Assembly (NCBI GenBank): GCA_963422645.2
Contig: CAXXVO010000002.1
Location: 64,001 to 128,000, forward strand
DNA from: Alphaproteobacteria bacterium
Lineage (GTDB): Bacteria > Pseudomonadota > Alphaproteobacteria > UBA828
DNA: 64,000 nucleotides
Reading direction: 5' to 3'
Within the stretch, counting starts at the first letter, position 1, and each line of letters starts with the position of its first letter. Of the stretch, positions 8,391 through 18,877 are shown piece by piece. Both the position numbers and the translations under genes were made by a program. Below the pieces are notes generated by a model. It ran no database searches. It was not told the origin of the DNA and was given only the letters and a program-made list of their open reading frames with translations.

Positions 8391-11387
8391 CTAACGGTTG
8401 GCGAGCTTCGTGATCACCGGCACCTCTGCGAGCAGGATCGTGATCTTCTGTACCTGCGCCTGGTACTCGGCCAACTCGTGGCCCTTTAGCTTGCGGCCGG
8501 AGGGCAGCTTGAGCGTCATCGGGTTGATCCGCTTGTTGCCCCGCATCACCTCGTAGTGGAGGTGCGGCCCGGTCGACATTCCGGTGGAGCCGACGTAGGC
8601 GATGACTTGCCCCTGGCGCACCCGCTTGCCCTTCTTTATGCCCTTGGCGTAGCCGCTAAGGTGGGCATAGCCGGTGCTGTAGGTGCTGTTGTGCCGAATT
8701 CGGAGGTATTTGCCGTAGTTGCCGTGGCGGCCCTTCATCGTGATCGTCCCGTCGCCACCAGCGTAGATCGGCGTGCCCATAGGCGCCGCGAAATCGACCC
8801 CTAAGTGCTTCTTGTTGTAGCCGAGGATCGGGTGCTTGCGCACGCCGTAGCCCGATGAGAGCCGAGCGCCGTTGATCGGCGTGCGCATCAGCGCCTTGCG
8901 CACGCTCGCACCCGCAGCATCGAGATAGTCCGCCGGCCCCTCGTCGGGCTCGTAGCGGAATAGTTCCACCTCGCGCTCGCCGACCTCGAGCTTCGCGTAG
9001 AGGATGGGGCCGTTCTCCACGAACTCGCCGTCCCTGTTGAACACTGCCTCGTAAAGGACCTCGAAGCGATTGCCGCGCTGAATTTCGCGCTGGAAGTCCA
9101 CATCGAAGCTGAAGATGTGCACCATCTCCATGAGAACCTGGTTCGGCATTCCCGCGGCGCGCGCCGAGACGTAGAGACTGGAATCGATTGTCCCCGCCGT
9201 CCGTTGCAGAACGCGGTCGAGCGGCCGGTCCACGACGCTCGGCAGAAATGCGCCATCCTCGCTGCGGGTGACCACGACGTCGCGGTCCGCCGCCACATCG
9301 AGGGCGAGTGCGGCGAGCCTCGGGGTGCCGTTCGATTCGTTCTCCGGCTCGAACGCGAGGGAGAGCGTCTGGCCGACCCGCAATTTGCGCGGATTGTGAA
9401 CCTCGCGGAAGGCGACGATTGCGGCCTCCGCCTCCTCGCGGGTGCCGCCGGCCCGGGTCAACGCTACCGATAGCGTGTCCCCGCTGCGAATGACCACCGC
9501 CTTGCGTACCAAGCCGTCGTTTCCGTCGAGCGGAGTGCTGGCGAGGTCGTTGAAGGCACCGTTGACGGTGCCCTTGATGACGGGAAGGACGGTCCCGTTG
9601 ACGGTGCCGCCATGGGGATCCGCAGCGCCTTGCGGCTCAAGCCCGGAGGAGAGGGTGGCGAACGGTGCGGCGGCGGCGACGAAGGCGCCCGTCATCACCT
9701 GGCCGCGATCGGCCACGCTTGCCCGGTCGCGCTGCGGTTTGTCGTCCGGCGGCGTGGCAACTGTGGCGACACGCGTCAGTGGGGAGGTCATGAGCCCGAG
9801 CCGATCAACCTCTGCCGCGTCGAAGTAGCCGCTCGCGACGCGGCTTACCTTAACGTAGCGGTCGTCGCCGACCCGCAGCGCCACGGCCTTGAGGGTGTCC
9901 GCGCCCGTCTCGTCGATGCCCGTTACCAGGGTAATTTCCTGCCCGACGCGAAGCCGCCTAAGGTTGAATAGCTTGCGGGTCGCTTGAATGGCGCGGTCCG
10001 CCTCGACACGGTCGATCCCGTGGCGCCGCAACACCGCCATGAGCGTATCGCCCGACCGCACCGTGATCCGTGTGGCGGAGGGCGGCAGGGCGTCGGCTGG
10101 CGTGGCCGGTGCTGCGATCGGCTCCGTTCGGTCTACCTCTGCGGCAATGGCCACCGCGCGCGGCTCGGCGGGCGCCGGTGGCTCTTTCGTAATGCGACTG
10201 GAGAAACGTCCCTTCTCCCCGCGCTCCACGACAATGTGCCGTCCTTTCGGGAGCTCGATGTCGAGCAAAGCGATGCGCGGCTCGAAGCCCTCCACCGGTT
10301 TCTTGGTCACACGCACGGTAACGCCCGCGGGAAGGCGCCGCGGGTTGAACACGCGCCGCAGGCTTTGTACGAGCGCATCCGCTTCGGGTCTGCGCACGTC
10401 TGCATCCAGCAGCACATCCATCAGAGTGCGACCCGAGCGCAGTGTACGGCTCAGCTCAATGAAGTTTGGCTCGACGGTGCGCTGCGGGCCGTCGTAGGGA
10501 GGGGTGTCGGCGCCAAGCTGGTCCGCGATCTCGGCTCCGGTCTCGACCGTCTCACGGGTCGGCTTCTGCAGCGGAATGGCCTCCTCCGCGGCCGGTGCAG
10601 CGGCAGTTTGTAGTCCTGCAGCGCGGAGCGCGGAGGCCGTGGCGCGACGCGAGGCGAAGCCGCCGCCATCAGTGCGGACGACCGCCACCGCCTCGTCGTC
10701 GTCGAGGTAGACCGCAACACCGGTCAAATGGGGAGCACCGTTCGCGTCGCGCCCTGCCACAAGCGTAATCTTGTGGCCCGGCATCAGGTCGCGCGGGTCA
10801 AAGTTCGCCTGTAGTGCGCCCGTAACGGCGTCCACGGTCTCCCTGTCGACGCCGTTGCGGCGCAGGATGCCGCTGATCGTTTCATTGCGTCGTACGGTAA
10901 TGGTGCGTCCGTCGCGCTCGAACGCGACCTCGGAGAGCGAGACTGGCTGAGTGAGGGGGATACTGGTCTGCCGCGCACTGTAGCCGCCCTTCGCCGTACG
11001 GGTTGCCTCGACGTAGTGCCCCGTCTGCGTCTCCACGCTGACCGCGATTGGAACGCGACGTTGCTCCCCTTCAGCCCTGAACAGGAACCGCACCTCGCGG
11101 CCGACCGACATGCGCCGCAGATTCGTTCTTTTCCGGATCGCCTTGATGATTCGGTCGGCGTCGACAGCGTGCACGCCCGACCGGTTAAGCAAGACCGACA
11201 GACTGTCGCCGCGCCCGAATCGAAGGGTCTCCAGTTCCGTTTCGGCTTCAACCGATGCAAGTGCTGTCTGGATTGGCGCGGCCAGGGCCACGGCAACTGC
11301 CGCGATCAGCGCGAGCGCCGCTATTGAGCCTATCCAACGGCGAGATCCTCGATCCATACCCCGAATCAGTCCCCGTGAATCATGCAC
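8391..11387 (-). CDS. M23-family murein DD-endopeptidase (MepM-like) with signal/TM segment and five repeated LysM/OapA-like domains
   Basis: HLGVDFAAP (HxxxD) and TGPHLHYE (HxH); FSFDVDFQREI middle domain; start may be ATG 11357. Confidence 0.9.
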   Translation of the reverse strand: MHDSRGLIRGMDRGSRRWIGSIAALALIAAVAVALAAPIQTALASVEAETELETLRFGRGDSLSVLLNRSGVHAVDADRIIKAIRKRTNLRRMSVGREVRFLFRAEGEQRRVPIAVSVETQTGHYVEATRTAKGGYSARQTSIPLTQPVSLSEVAFERDGRTITVRRNETISGILRRNGVDRETVDAVTGALQANFDPRDLMPGHKITLVAGRDANGAPHLTGVAVYLDDDEAVAVVRTDGGGFASRRATASALRAAGLQTAAAPAAEEAIPLQKPTRETVETGAEIADQLGADTPPYDGPQRTVEPNFIELSRTLRSGRTLMDVLLDADVRRPEADALVQSLRRVFNPRRLPAGVTVRVTKKPVEGFEPRIALLDIELPKGRHIVVERGEKGRFSSRITKEPPAPAEPRAVAIAAEVDRTEPIAAPATPADALPPSATRITVRSGDTLMAVLRRHGIDRVEADRAIQATRKLFNLRRLRVGQEITLVTGIDETGADTLKAVALRVGDDRYVKVSRVASGYFDAAEVDRLGLMTSPLTRVATVATPPDDKPQRDRASVADRGQVMTGAFVAAAAPFATLSSGLEPQGAADPHGGTVNGTVLPVIKGTVNGAFNDLASTPLDGNDGLVRKAVVIRSGDTLSVALTRAGGTREEAEAAIVAFREVHNPRKLRVGQTLSLAFEPENESNGTPRLAALALDVAADRDVVVTRSEDGAFLPSVVDRPLDRVLQRTAGTIDSSLYVSARAAGMPNQVLMEMVHIFSFDVDFQREIQRGNRFEVLYEAVFNRDGEFVENGPILYAKLEVGEREVELFRYEPDEGPADYLDAAGASVRKALMRTPINGARLSSGYGVRKHPILGYNKKHLGVDFAAPMGTPIYAGGDGTITMKGRHGNYGKYLRIRHNSTYSTGYAHLSGYAKGIKKGKRVRQGQVIAYVGSTGMSTGPHLHYEVMRGNKRINPMTLKLPSGRKLKGHELAEYQAQVQKITILLAEVPVITKLANR

Positions 11388-11478
11388 GTGCCCGTCGATT
11401 CGTTAGTTAGAATCGGCAGGCGACTGCCGACCCTGATGCTACGAGGGCGCCCTGTCAATCACGACATGAACATTTCCA

Positions 11479-13367
11479 GTAACTGCCCAGGTTCTTGCTG
11501 TGAAAATTCTCTGGGATTCGGCACAACGCTACCCACGCGACGCCCGTGTGCTCCTCTGGGGTCGCCGGGTTTCACAGCTCACGATGCCCCTCTTGCGGAC
11601 TGCGACCGGTAAGCTACCCCGATGTGGCCCGAAGTCCGCCCGCGCGACGGGCACCGATTTTCATTCTATGGGGTGGTCCAGCACGGCGTCGACCATGATC
11701 GTTTATGAGAATGGCTCCGCTGTTGGAGAACCCGTGCCAGGTGAGCTTACGCGCACTTGACGGTGGCGATGAGCCGATCCGATGGGCTGGTCAGGGCTTC
11801 GATGATATTCCAGCCCTGCTTTCTGGCGGTGGTGATGACGCTGCGCAGGATGGCGAAGTTCTCGGCCCCCTGCGCGGACCGGAAGCCCCCGGAGATCTTC
11901 TGGCGCAGCTTCATCATCCGAAGGTCGCGCTCGGCCTCGTTGTTCGTGAACCCGACCTCGAGGTCGATCAGGAACCGGAGCACCGCGCATTTGTGGTCGC
12001 GCAGCCTCAAGGCCAGATTGTGACCGATCCTTCGCTTCCGGCGCTTCTTCCTCTTGCCAGGCGAGAACGGTGGTTGGCTCTCGTGAAAGGCCAGCGCATC
12101 GGCGATGACCTCGTCGTATCGGCGCTCGATCAGCGCCACAAGCCTCGCCGGAACGGCGATATCCTTGTCCAGCGCGATGCGGGCGGCGCGATTGGCTCGG
12201 CGCAGGAGCTGCTGCATCCGCCGGGCCCAAGCCTCCCCTTCGATGTCCACCAGCGCCTGCAACTCCCGCAGGTGATGGGCGTTGCACAGGCCGTGCTCCA
12301 CCCCTTCCATCGCGAAGTACGGCTTCCAGTGATCGTGCACGACGATGCCGGAGACACCCGAGAGCAGGGCGCCGCGCTTGCCGCTGACCCGGTACGCCGC
12401 CAGCAGCGGCGTGCAGATCACATGAAGCCACTGCGTCTGACCGCCGATCCGCAAGCCGGTCTCGTCCATGTGTTTCACCCGCGCCGTGCCCGCCGCCAGG
12501 TCCTGTATGTGCAAGGCCGCGTCCCGCAAGCCGCTCGGCCGCCCTCTCGCTCATCGTCGCCAACGTCGCAGCCGTCACCGGCGCGCCGAAGAGCTCGGCC
12601 ATCACCTGCGACAGCCGATCCTCCGGCAGGAAGTGAGCGTGCTGAAGGTAGACCGCCACCCCGGCAATGCGCGGGCCGTACTGCACCGGCGCCGACACCC
12701 CGTCGGGGAACGCCGCCCGGGTCACCGTCCCGCAATGCCCGCAGCACTTGGCATGCGCCCGGTGCTCGGTCACCTCCAGGGGGCTCGGCTCGGGCAGATC
12801 GAACACCTGGCGGGCGACGGGCGTTCCCGCCCTGGCCGCGTCCGAAAGCGGCGAACCGCATCCCTTGCAGGAAGCCGGGACGTGATCCTTCACCCGATCC
12901 GGGTGATCGGCGCGGCGCAGCGTCTTGCCCTTGTGGCCGGGCTGGCCACCGGGCTTGCGGCCCGATTTGCCGCGCAGGCTTCGGGTTCGCCGCTTCGAAT
13001 TCGGCTTCCTCAGCCCATCGCTCGAAGGCGGCTTGACGCTGTTGCCGCTGTTGAGGCCGAGACGGCGCTCCAACTCCTCGATGCGCTCGACGAGACGCGC
13101 GACTTGCTCTTCCAGCCGCGCGTTCTGCTGCCGAAGCCAGGCATTTTCCTCCCGAAGCCGGGCGTTCTCCTCCTCCAGGCGGGCGATCTTCTGCGCGGGC
13201 GTTTCGGGCGCTGCTCCCGTCGAAGGGCCGCGCGGCGACTCGGGATTGCTCATGTCGTTGTTGAGTCATTTCCCGAAATTCCCGTCAAGCCCTTTCCACC
13301 AACTCCGAACGAGAAACGCCTCAATCCACTGGCCCAAAATGACAAATCAGACGACCTGGGCAGTTAC
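11479..13367 (-). mobile_element. IS66-family element, copy 1 (single ORF, ISBst12-like), 1889 bp
   Basis: TIRs GTAACTGCCCAGG/CCTGGGCAGTTAC; 8-bp TSD CATTTCCA at 11471-11478 and 13368-13375. Confidence 0.95.
11747..13253 (-). pseudogene. tnpC: IS66 transposase, frameshifted (+1 nt at 12528-12529)
   Basis: KPPSSD, KPGGQPGHKG, CxxC, HMDETG, CNAHHLREL, TNNEAERDLR split over two frames relative to copy 2. Confidence 0.9.
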
Positions 13368-13441
13368 CATTTCCAACCGAAATATCCTGCATTCCGGCAT
13401 GGAAATGCTCCGTCGGTGCTCACCGCCGGCTTGAGGCGGTT

Positions 13442-13690
13442 CTAGCGCCGACAGTGGGCGCCCGAGCGACGGTCTTCACCCGTCGCAGCCCTTCGCAACC
13501 GTGTTATTTCGTCCTTTACCTTGAGTTTTCGTCGCTTCAGGTGGGTTAGAGACAGTCCGTCGGGCGCCGGCCGGCAGGCCTCTTCCTGGATAGCCCGTTC
13601 GAGTCCGGCGTGCCTCGCGGCAAGCGTAGCGAGATAGTCATCGACCCCAATTTCAAAGGCCAGCGTGGCAGGGTCGAGCCGCGAGTACAT
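13442..13690 (-). CDS. DUF465/YdcH-family small coiled-coil protein
   Basis: LAARHAGLERAIQEEACRPAPD...LKRRKLKVKDEI. Confidence 0.8.
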   Translation of the reverse strand: MYSRLDPATLAFEIGVDDYLATLAARHAGLERAIQEEACRPAPDGLSLTHLKRRKLKVKDEITRLRRAATGEDRRSGAHCRR

Positions 13691-13856
13691 CAGTTAATGG
13701 ACCTCACTGGGACAATCTCGTTGAAGCAGTCTAGAAGGCGAACCGGGGCAACCGTGAATCTGCCACCACTATGTCATATCGCGCGCCCTGCCGCCACGCC
13801 GTATCACGTTGTATCGCGTCGGATGTGAATGAGTCGGCAAGTTCCCTCGTCTAAAC

Positions 13857-15743
13857 GTAACCGCCCAGGTTCTTGCTGTGAAAATTCTCTGGGATTCGGC
13901 ACAACGCTACCCACGCGACGCCCGTGTGCTCCTCTGGGGTCGCCGGGTTTCACAGCTCACGATGCCCCTCTTGCGGACTGCGACCGGTAAGCTACCCCGA
14001 TGTGGCCCGAAGTCCGCCCGCGCGACGGGCACCGATTTCATTCTATGGGGTGGTCCAGCACGGCGTCGACCATGATCGTTTATGAGAATGGCTCCGCTGT
14101 TGGAGAACCCGTGCCAGGTGAGCTTACGCGCACTTGACGGTGGCGATGAGCCGATCCGATGGGCTGGTCAGGGCTTCGATGATATTCCAGCCCTGCTTTC
14201 TGGCGGTGGTGATGACGCTGCGCAGGATGGCGAAGTTCTCGGCCCCCTGCGCGGACCGGAAGCCCCCGGAGATCTTCTGGCGCAGCTTCATCATCCGAAG
14301 GTCGCGCTCGGCCTCGTTGTTCGTGAACCCGACCTCGAGGTCGATCAGGAACCGGAGCACCGCGCATTTGTGGTCGCGCAGCCTCAAGGCCAGATTGTGA
14401 CCGATCCTTCGCTTCCGGCGCTTCTTCCTCTTGCCAGGCGAGAACGGTGGTTGGCTCTCGTGAAAGGCCAGCGCATCGGCGATGATCTCGTCGTATCGGC
14501 GCTCGATCAGCGCCACAAGCCTCGCCGGAACGGCGATATCCTTGTCCAGCGCGATGCGGGCGGCGCGATTGGCTCGGCGCAGGAGCTGCTGCATCCGCCG
14601 GGCCCAAGCCTCCCCTTCGATGTCCACCAGCGCCTGCAACTCCCGCAGGTGATGGGCGTTGCACAGGCCGTGCTCCACCCCTTCCATCGCGAAGTACGGC
14701 TTCCAGTGATCGTGCACGACGATGCCGGAGACACCCGAGAGCAGGGCGCCGCGCTTGCCGCTGACCCGGTACGCCGCCAGCAGCGGCGTGCAGATCACAT
14801 GAAGCCACTGCGTCTGACCGCCGATCCGCAAGCCGGTCTCGTCCATGTGTTTCACCCGCGCCGTGCCCGCCGCCAGGTCCTGTATGTGCAAGGCCGCGTC
14901 CCGCAGCCGCTCGGCCGCCCTCTCGCTCATCGTCGCCAACGTCGCAGCCGTCACCGGCGCGCCGAAGAGCTCGGCCATCACCTGCGACAGCCGATCCTCC
15001 GGCAGGAAGTGAGCGTGCTGAAGGTAGACCGCCACCCCGGCAATGCGCGGGCCGTACTGCACCGGCGCCGACACCCCGTCGGGGAACGCCGCCCGGGTCA
15101 CCGTCCCGCAATGCCCGCAGCACTTGGCATGCGCCCGGTGCTCGGTCACCTCCAGGGGGCTCGGCTCGGGCAGATCGAACACCTGGCGGGCGACGGGCGT
15201 TCCCGCCCTGGCCGCGTCCGAAAGCGGCGAACCGCATCCCTTGCAGGAAGCCGGGACGTGATCCTTCACCCGATCCGGGTGATCGGCGCGGCGCAGCGTC
15301 TTGCCCTTGTGGCCGGGCTGGCCACCGGGCTTGCGGCCCGATTTGCCGCGCAGGCTTCGGGTTCGCCGCTTCGAATTCGGCTTCCTCAGCCCATCGCTCG
15401 AAGGCGGCTTGACGCTGTTGCCGCTGTTGAGGCCGAGACGGCGCTCCAACTCCTCGATGCGCTCGACGAGACGCGCGACTTGCTCTTCCAGCCGCGCGTT
15501 CTGCTGCCGAAGCCAGGCATTTTCCTCCCGAAGCCGGGCGTTCTCCTCCTCCAGGCGGGCGATCTTCTGCGCGGGCGTTTCGGGCGCTGCTCCCGTCGAA
15601 GGGCCGCGCGGCGACTCGGGATTGCTCATGTCGTTGTTGAGTCATTTCCCGAAATTCCCGTCAAGCCCTTTCCACCAACTCCGAACGAGAAACGCCTCAA
15701 TCCACTGGCCCAAAATGACAAATCAGACGACCTGGGCAGTTAC
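13857..15743 (-). mobile_element. IS66-family element, copy 2, 1887 bp, intact transposase
   Basis: GTAACCGCCCAGG...CCTGGGCAGTTAC; TSD GTCTAAAC at 13849-13856 and 15744-15751. Confidence 0.95.
14124..15629 (-). CDS. tnpC: IS66 transposase (501 aa, intact)
   Basis: Coiled coil, Zn-finger and DDE motifs (DETG, HD, TNNEAER) in one frame. Confidence 0.95.
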   Translation of the reverse strand: MSNPESPRGPSTGAAPETPAQKIARLEEENARLREENAWLRQQNARLEEQVARLVERIEELERRLGLNSGNSVKPPSSDGLRKPNSKRRTRSLRGKSGRKPGGQPGHKGKTLRRADHPDRVKDHVPASCKGCGSPLSDAARAGTPVARQVFDLPEPSPLEVTEHRAHAKCCGHCGTVTRAAFPDGVSAPVQYGPRIAGVAVYLQHAHFLPEDRLSQVMAELFGAPVTAATLATMSERAAERLRDAALHIQDLAAGTARVKHMDETGLRIGGQTQWLHVICTPLLAAYRVSGKRGALLSGVSGIVVHDHWKPYFAMEGVEHGLCNAHHLRELQALVDIEGEAWARRMQQLLRRANRAARIALDKDIAVPARLVALIERRYDEIIADALAFHESQPPFSPGKRKKRRKRRIGHNLALRLRDHKCAVLRFLIDLEVGFTNNEAERDLRMMKLRQKISGGFRSAQGAENFAILRSVITTARKQGWNIIEALTSPSDRLIATVKCA

Positions 15744-15824
15744 GTCTAAACTTCTCAATGCTCACCTTTGATACGACCATTCGGACTACTCCAGTGTGGA
15801 GGCAAGGGTAATGACGGGTGATGG

Positions 15825-16871
15825 GTGGCCAGCGAATACGGCGCCCCGATGGACGCGGTGAGTCTCACGGCATCCCTCGCGGCGGGCGGTGCGAGCGTGG
15901 TGGTTGTGGCAGCACTGACCGGTCTGGCGCGAGCGCTACTGCGGCGCCACGGTGTCATGGATCGGCCCAGCGAGCGTTCGAGCCACCAGACCGCAATACC
16001 GCGTGGCGGCGGCATCGTCGTTATCGGAGTCCTGCTCGCAGCATGGCTCGCGCTTTGGCTCTCGGGCGCGTCGGCAAGCTCAGAGGCGCACTTCTGGATT
16101 GCGCTCGTTGGCGCGCTCGGGCTCGCTGCGGTCTCCTGGCTCGATGACCTGCGCGGTGGCCTATCGGTCTTCCTGCGACTTGGGGTGCAGGTGCTGGCGG
16201 TTGGCGCCGGTATCGCCTCGCTCCCCGGCGACGGGCTCATTCTCCAGGGTACCGTTCCGGCCCTCGTCGATCACGCGCTGGCGGCTGCGGCTTGGCTCTG
16301 GTTCGTGAACCTGTTCAACTTCATGGACGGGATCGATGGGCTCAGTGGCACCGAGGGCGCGAGCCTCGGCTTTGGCGCGTTCCTGCTCGCACTACTCGGT
16401 ACCGTACCTGCCGGGCTCGGGCCGCTCGGGCTGGCGCTTGCTGGCGTCTCGCTGGGCTTTCTGTTCTGGAACTGGCATCCCGCCAGGATTTTTCTCGGCG
16501 ATGTAGGGAGTGTCCCGCTCGGCTATCTGGCCGGATGGCTCTTGCTGGCGCTGGCAGCGGCGGGTGCATGGCAGGCGGCGTTGCTGTTGCCGGCCTACTA
16601 CTTGGCCGACGCGACAGTCACGTTGGTTCGTCGTCTGCTGCGCGGCCGGTGCGTGTGGCAGGCGCATCGCGAGCACTTCTATCAGCGCGTGGTGGCGACC
16701 GGCTGGAGCCATGGACGTACAGCCGCAGTGATCGGCAGCCACAATCTGCTACTAATGGGGCTTGCGCTCGCCTCCCAGCAAAGTTGGGCCGCTGCAGCGG
16801 CGGCACTCGCGGCGGGGGCGATGCTCGTCGCAACGCTGCTGTGGTATCTTCACGCCGCCGCTCGGGCATGA
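15825..16871 (+). CDS. MraY/WecA/WbpL-like polyprenyl-phosphate sugar-1-P transferase
   Basis: DRPSERSSHQTAIPRGGG, SWLDD, NLFNFMDGIDG, FLGDVGS, AHREHFYQ; multi-TM. Confidence 0.9.
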   Translation: MASEYGAPMDAVSLTASLAAGGASVVVVAALTGLARALLRRHGVMDRPSERSSHQTAIPRGGGIVVIGVLLAAWLALWLSGASASSEAHFWIALVGALGLAAVSWLDDLRGGLSVFLRLGVQVLAVGAGIASLPGDGLILQGTVPALVDHALAAAAWLWFVNLFNFMDGIDGLSGTEGASLGFGAFLLALLGTVPAGLGPLGLALAGVSLGFLFWNWHPARIFLGDVGSVPLGYLAGWLLLALAAAGAWQAALLLPAYYLADATVTLVRRLLRGRCVWQAHREHFYQRVVATGWSHGRTAAVIGSHNLLLMGLALASQQSWAAAAAALAAGAMLVATLLWYLHAAARA

Positions 16872-16896
16872 TGCGGCGCATCGAAACGGGCGTGAC

Positions 16897-18845
16897 ATGC
16901 GGCGCATCCGGACAGGTTTGATTGTCAAACGCGCGTACCTGGTCGCGGCTCACGACGTGGCCATGGCCGGCGCGTCGTTCGCACTTGCCCTGCTGCTCCG
17001 CCACGGGTTCGGCGCGTTCTGGGAGATGTCGAGCGGCTTCGTCGTCGAGGGAGCACTGCTGTTCTCGGCGGTCTCGACGCTGGTTTTCTGGCATATGCGA
17101 ATCTACCGGGGGGTTTGGCGCTACACGGCGCTGAGCGACGTCGTGCTCATTGCGCAGGCCGTAAGTCTCGCGGTGCTGGTGTTCGTGCCAATCCTCTTCG
17201 CGCTGACGCGGCTGGAGGGCTATCCCCGCTCGGCGCTCCTCATCAACTGGTTTATCCTGATCGTACTCCTGGTGGGGCCGCGCGTGATCTACCGTGCGGT
17301 TCTGGATGGTGGCCTCGGCGGTGTGCTGCGGCGCGGCGGCGCGGCGGCGCGGCAGGACGAGTACCCGTCCTGCTGCTCGAGGCGGGAGATCGGGCCGAGC
17401 TCTTCATCAGCGCCACCACCAGCGGCTCCGCCTCGAGCTATCGCGTCGTCGGCATCGTGGACGACGACGAAAGCCAGGCGAGGCGACACATCCGCGGCAT
17501 CCGCATTCTGGGCACAACGGCCGAGCTGCCGGCGATCGTGCGCGGGCTCAGCGCCCGAGGGGCGGCACCGCAGCGCGCGGTGCTCGCGACACCCTATCCG
17601 AACCCCGACCGCCTCGGCGCCCTGCTGGCGGCGTGTGAGGAGGTTGGACTGCCACTCTCCCGCCTGCCGGAGCTGACCGATTTCCGCCCCGGCGTCGAAC
17701 GCGACATCGACGTGCGGCCGATCTGCCTCGAGGACCTGCTCGGTCGCCCACAGGTCGCGCCTGACCGCGCCGCCATGCGCGCCCTGGTCAACGGCCGGCG
17801 GGTCTGCATCACCGGCGCCGGCGGCACCATTGGCGCTGAGCTCGCACGTCAGATCGCCGACGATGGGCCCGCGCACCTGACCCTGATCGACAACGCCGAA
17901 TACAACCTCTACCGGATCGATCTCGAGCTTGAGGAGGCGCATCCGGACCTTTCGCGCAGCGCCGTGCTCGGTGATGTGCGTGACCCAGGCAGCATCGCTG
18001 AGACCTTCTCCAGCGTGCGCCCAGAGCTGGTGTTTCATGCGGCCGCGCTCAAGCACGTCCACATGGTCGAGACCAATCCCAACGATGGCGTGCTCACCAA
18101 TGCCGTGGGCACCCGCAATGTCGCCGATGCCTGCATTGTCTTCGGTGTCCAGTTGATGGTGCTGGTTTCGACCGACAAGTCGGTCGACCCCACCAGCGTC
18201 ATGGGCGCGACGAAGCGTATTGCCGAAATCTATTGCCAGGCGCTCACCGACGCGCCGGCGGCCGGGAGCTTGCGGCTGGTGACGGTGCGCTTCGGCAATG
18301 TGATTGGCTCCTCCGGCTCAGTGGTGCCGCGCTTCCAGCGTCAGATTGCCGCCGGCGGACCGGTGACCGTCACCGACCCCGACGCGGCGCGCTACTTCAT
18401 GACGACGCGGGAAGCGGTGCAGCTCCTGCTTCAGGCGTCAGCGCTCGGAACAGGCGAAGAAAGCGGTGGCATCTACGTGCTCGACATGGGCAAGCCCATC
18501 AAGATCGTTGACCTAGCGCGGCAGATGATCCGGCTCGCGGGCCTCACGCCAGACAAGGAAATCGAGATCGTCTTCACCGGGCTGCGCCCGGGTGAGAGGA
18601 GGGACGAGAGCCTGTTCCATCCGGGCGAGCCCATGCTCGTGACCGAGACGCCGGGCATTTTCAGGGCCCGCTCACGCTCAGCCGATGTCGCCCTCATGCG
18701 GCGCCGGCTCGACCAGCTCGCGGGCGCCGCGCGCGACCGGCGCACCGCGGATGCGCTGGCGCTAATGGCGACGCTGGTGCCTGAGTATGAGCCGAGCGAC
18801 AGTGTTCTCTCGGCCGTCCCGGCGAACGCCGGCCTCGCGCTATAG
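16897..18845 (+). pseudogene. CapD/WbpM/PglF-like nucleotide-sugar 4,6-dehydratase, frameshifted at an 8-bp repeat
   Basis: TM N-terminus (YRGVWRY) in one frame; EDLLGR, ITGAGGTIG, HAAALKHV, STDKSVDPTSVMGATKR, VRFGNV in another; switch at 17328-17351. Confidence 0.85.
17328..17351 (+). repeat. (GCGGCGCG)x3 tandem repeat
   Basis: Three perfect 8-mers; deleting one restores the frame (VLRRGGAAGRVPV). Confidence 0.85.
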
Positions 18846-18877
18846 CCGGCCACAACGCCGCATCAGGGGGTAGCTCA

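Noticed and set aside
11500-11760. 86-aa antisense passenger ORF in the IS66 3' region
   Set aside because: No motif or good SD, and frameshifted in copy 2.
12520-12535. Programmed ribosomal frameshift in IS66 transposase
   Set aside because: No slippery motif, and copy 2 encodes the protein in one frame.
11479-15743. Composite transposon that arrived as one unit
   Set aside because: Each IS66 has its own distinct TSD pair.
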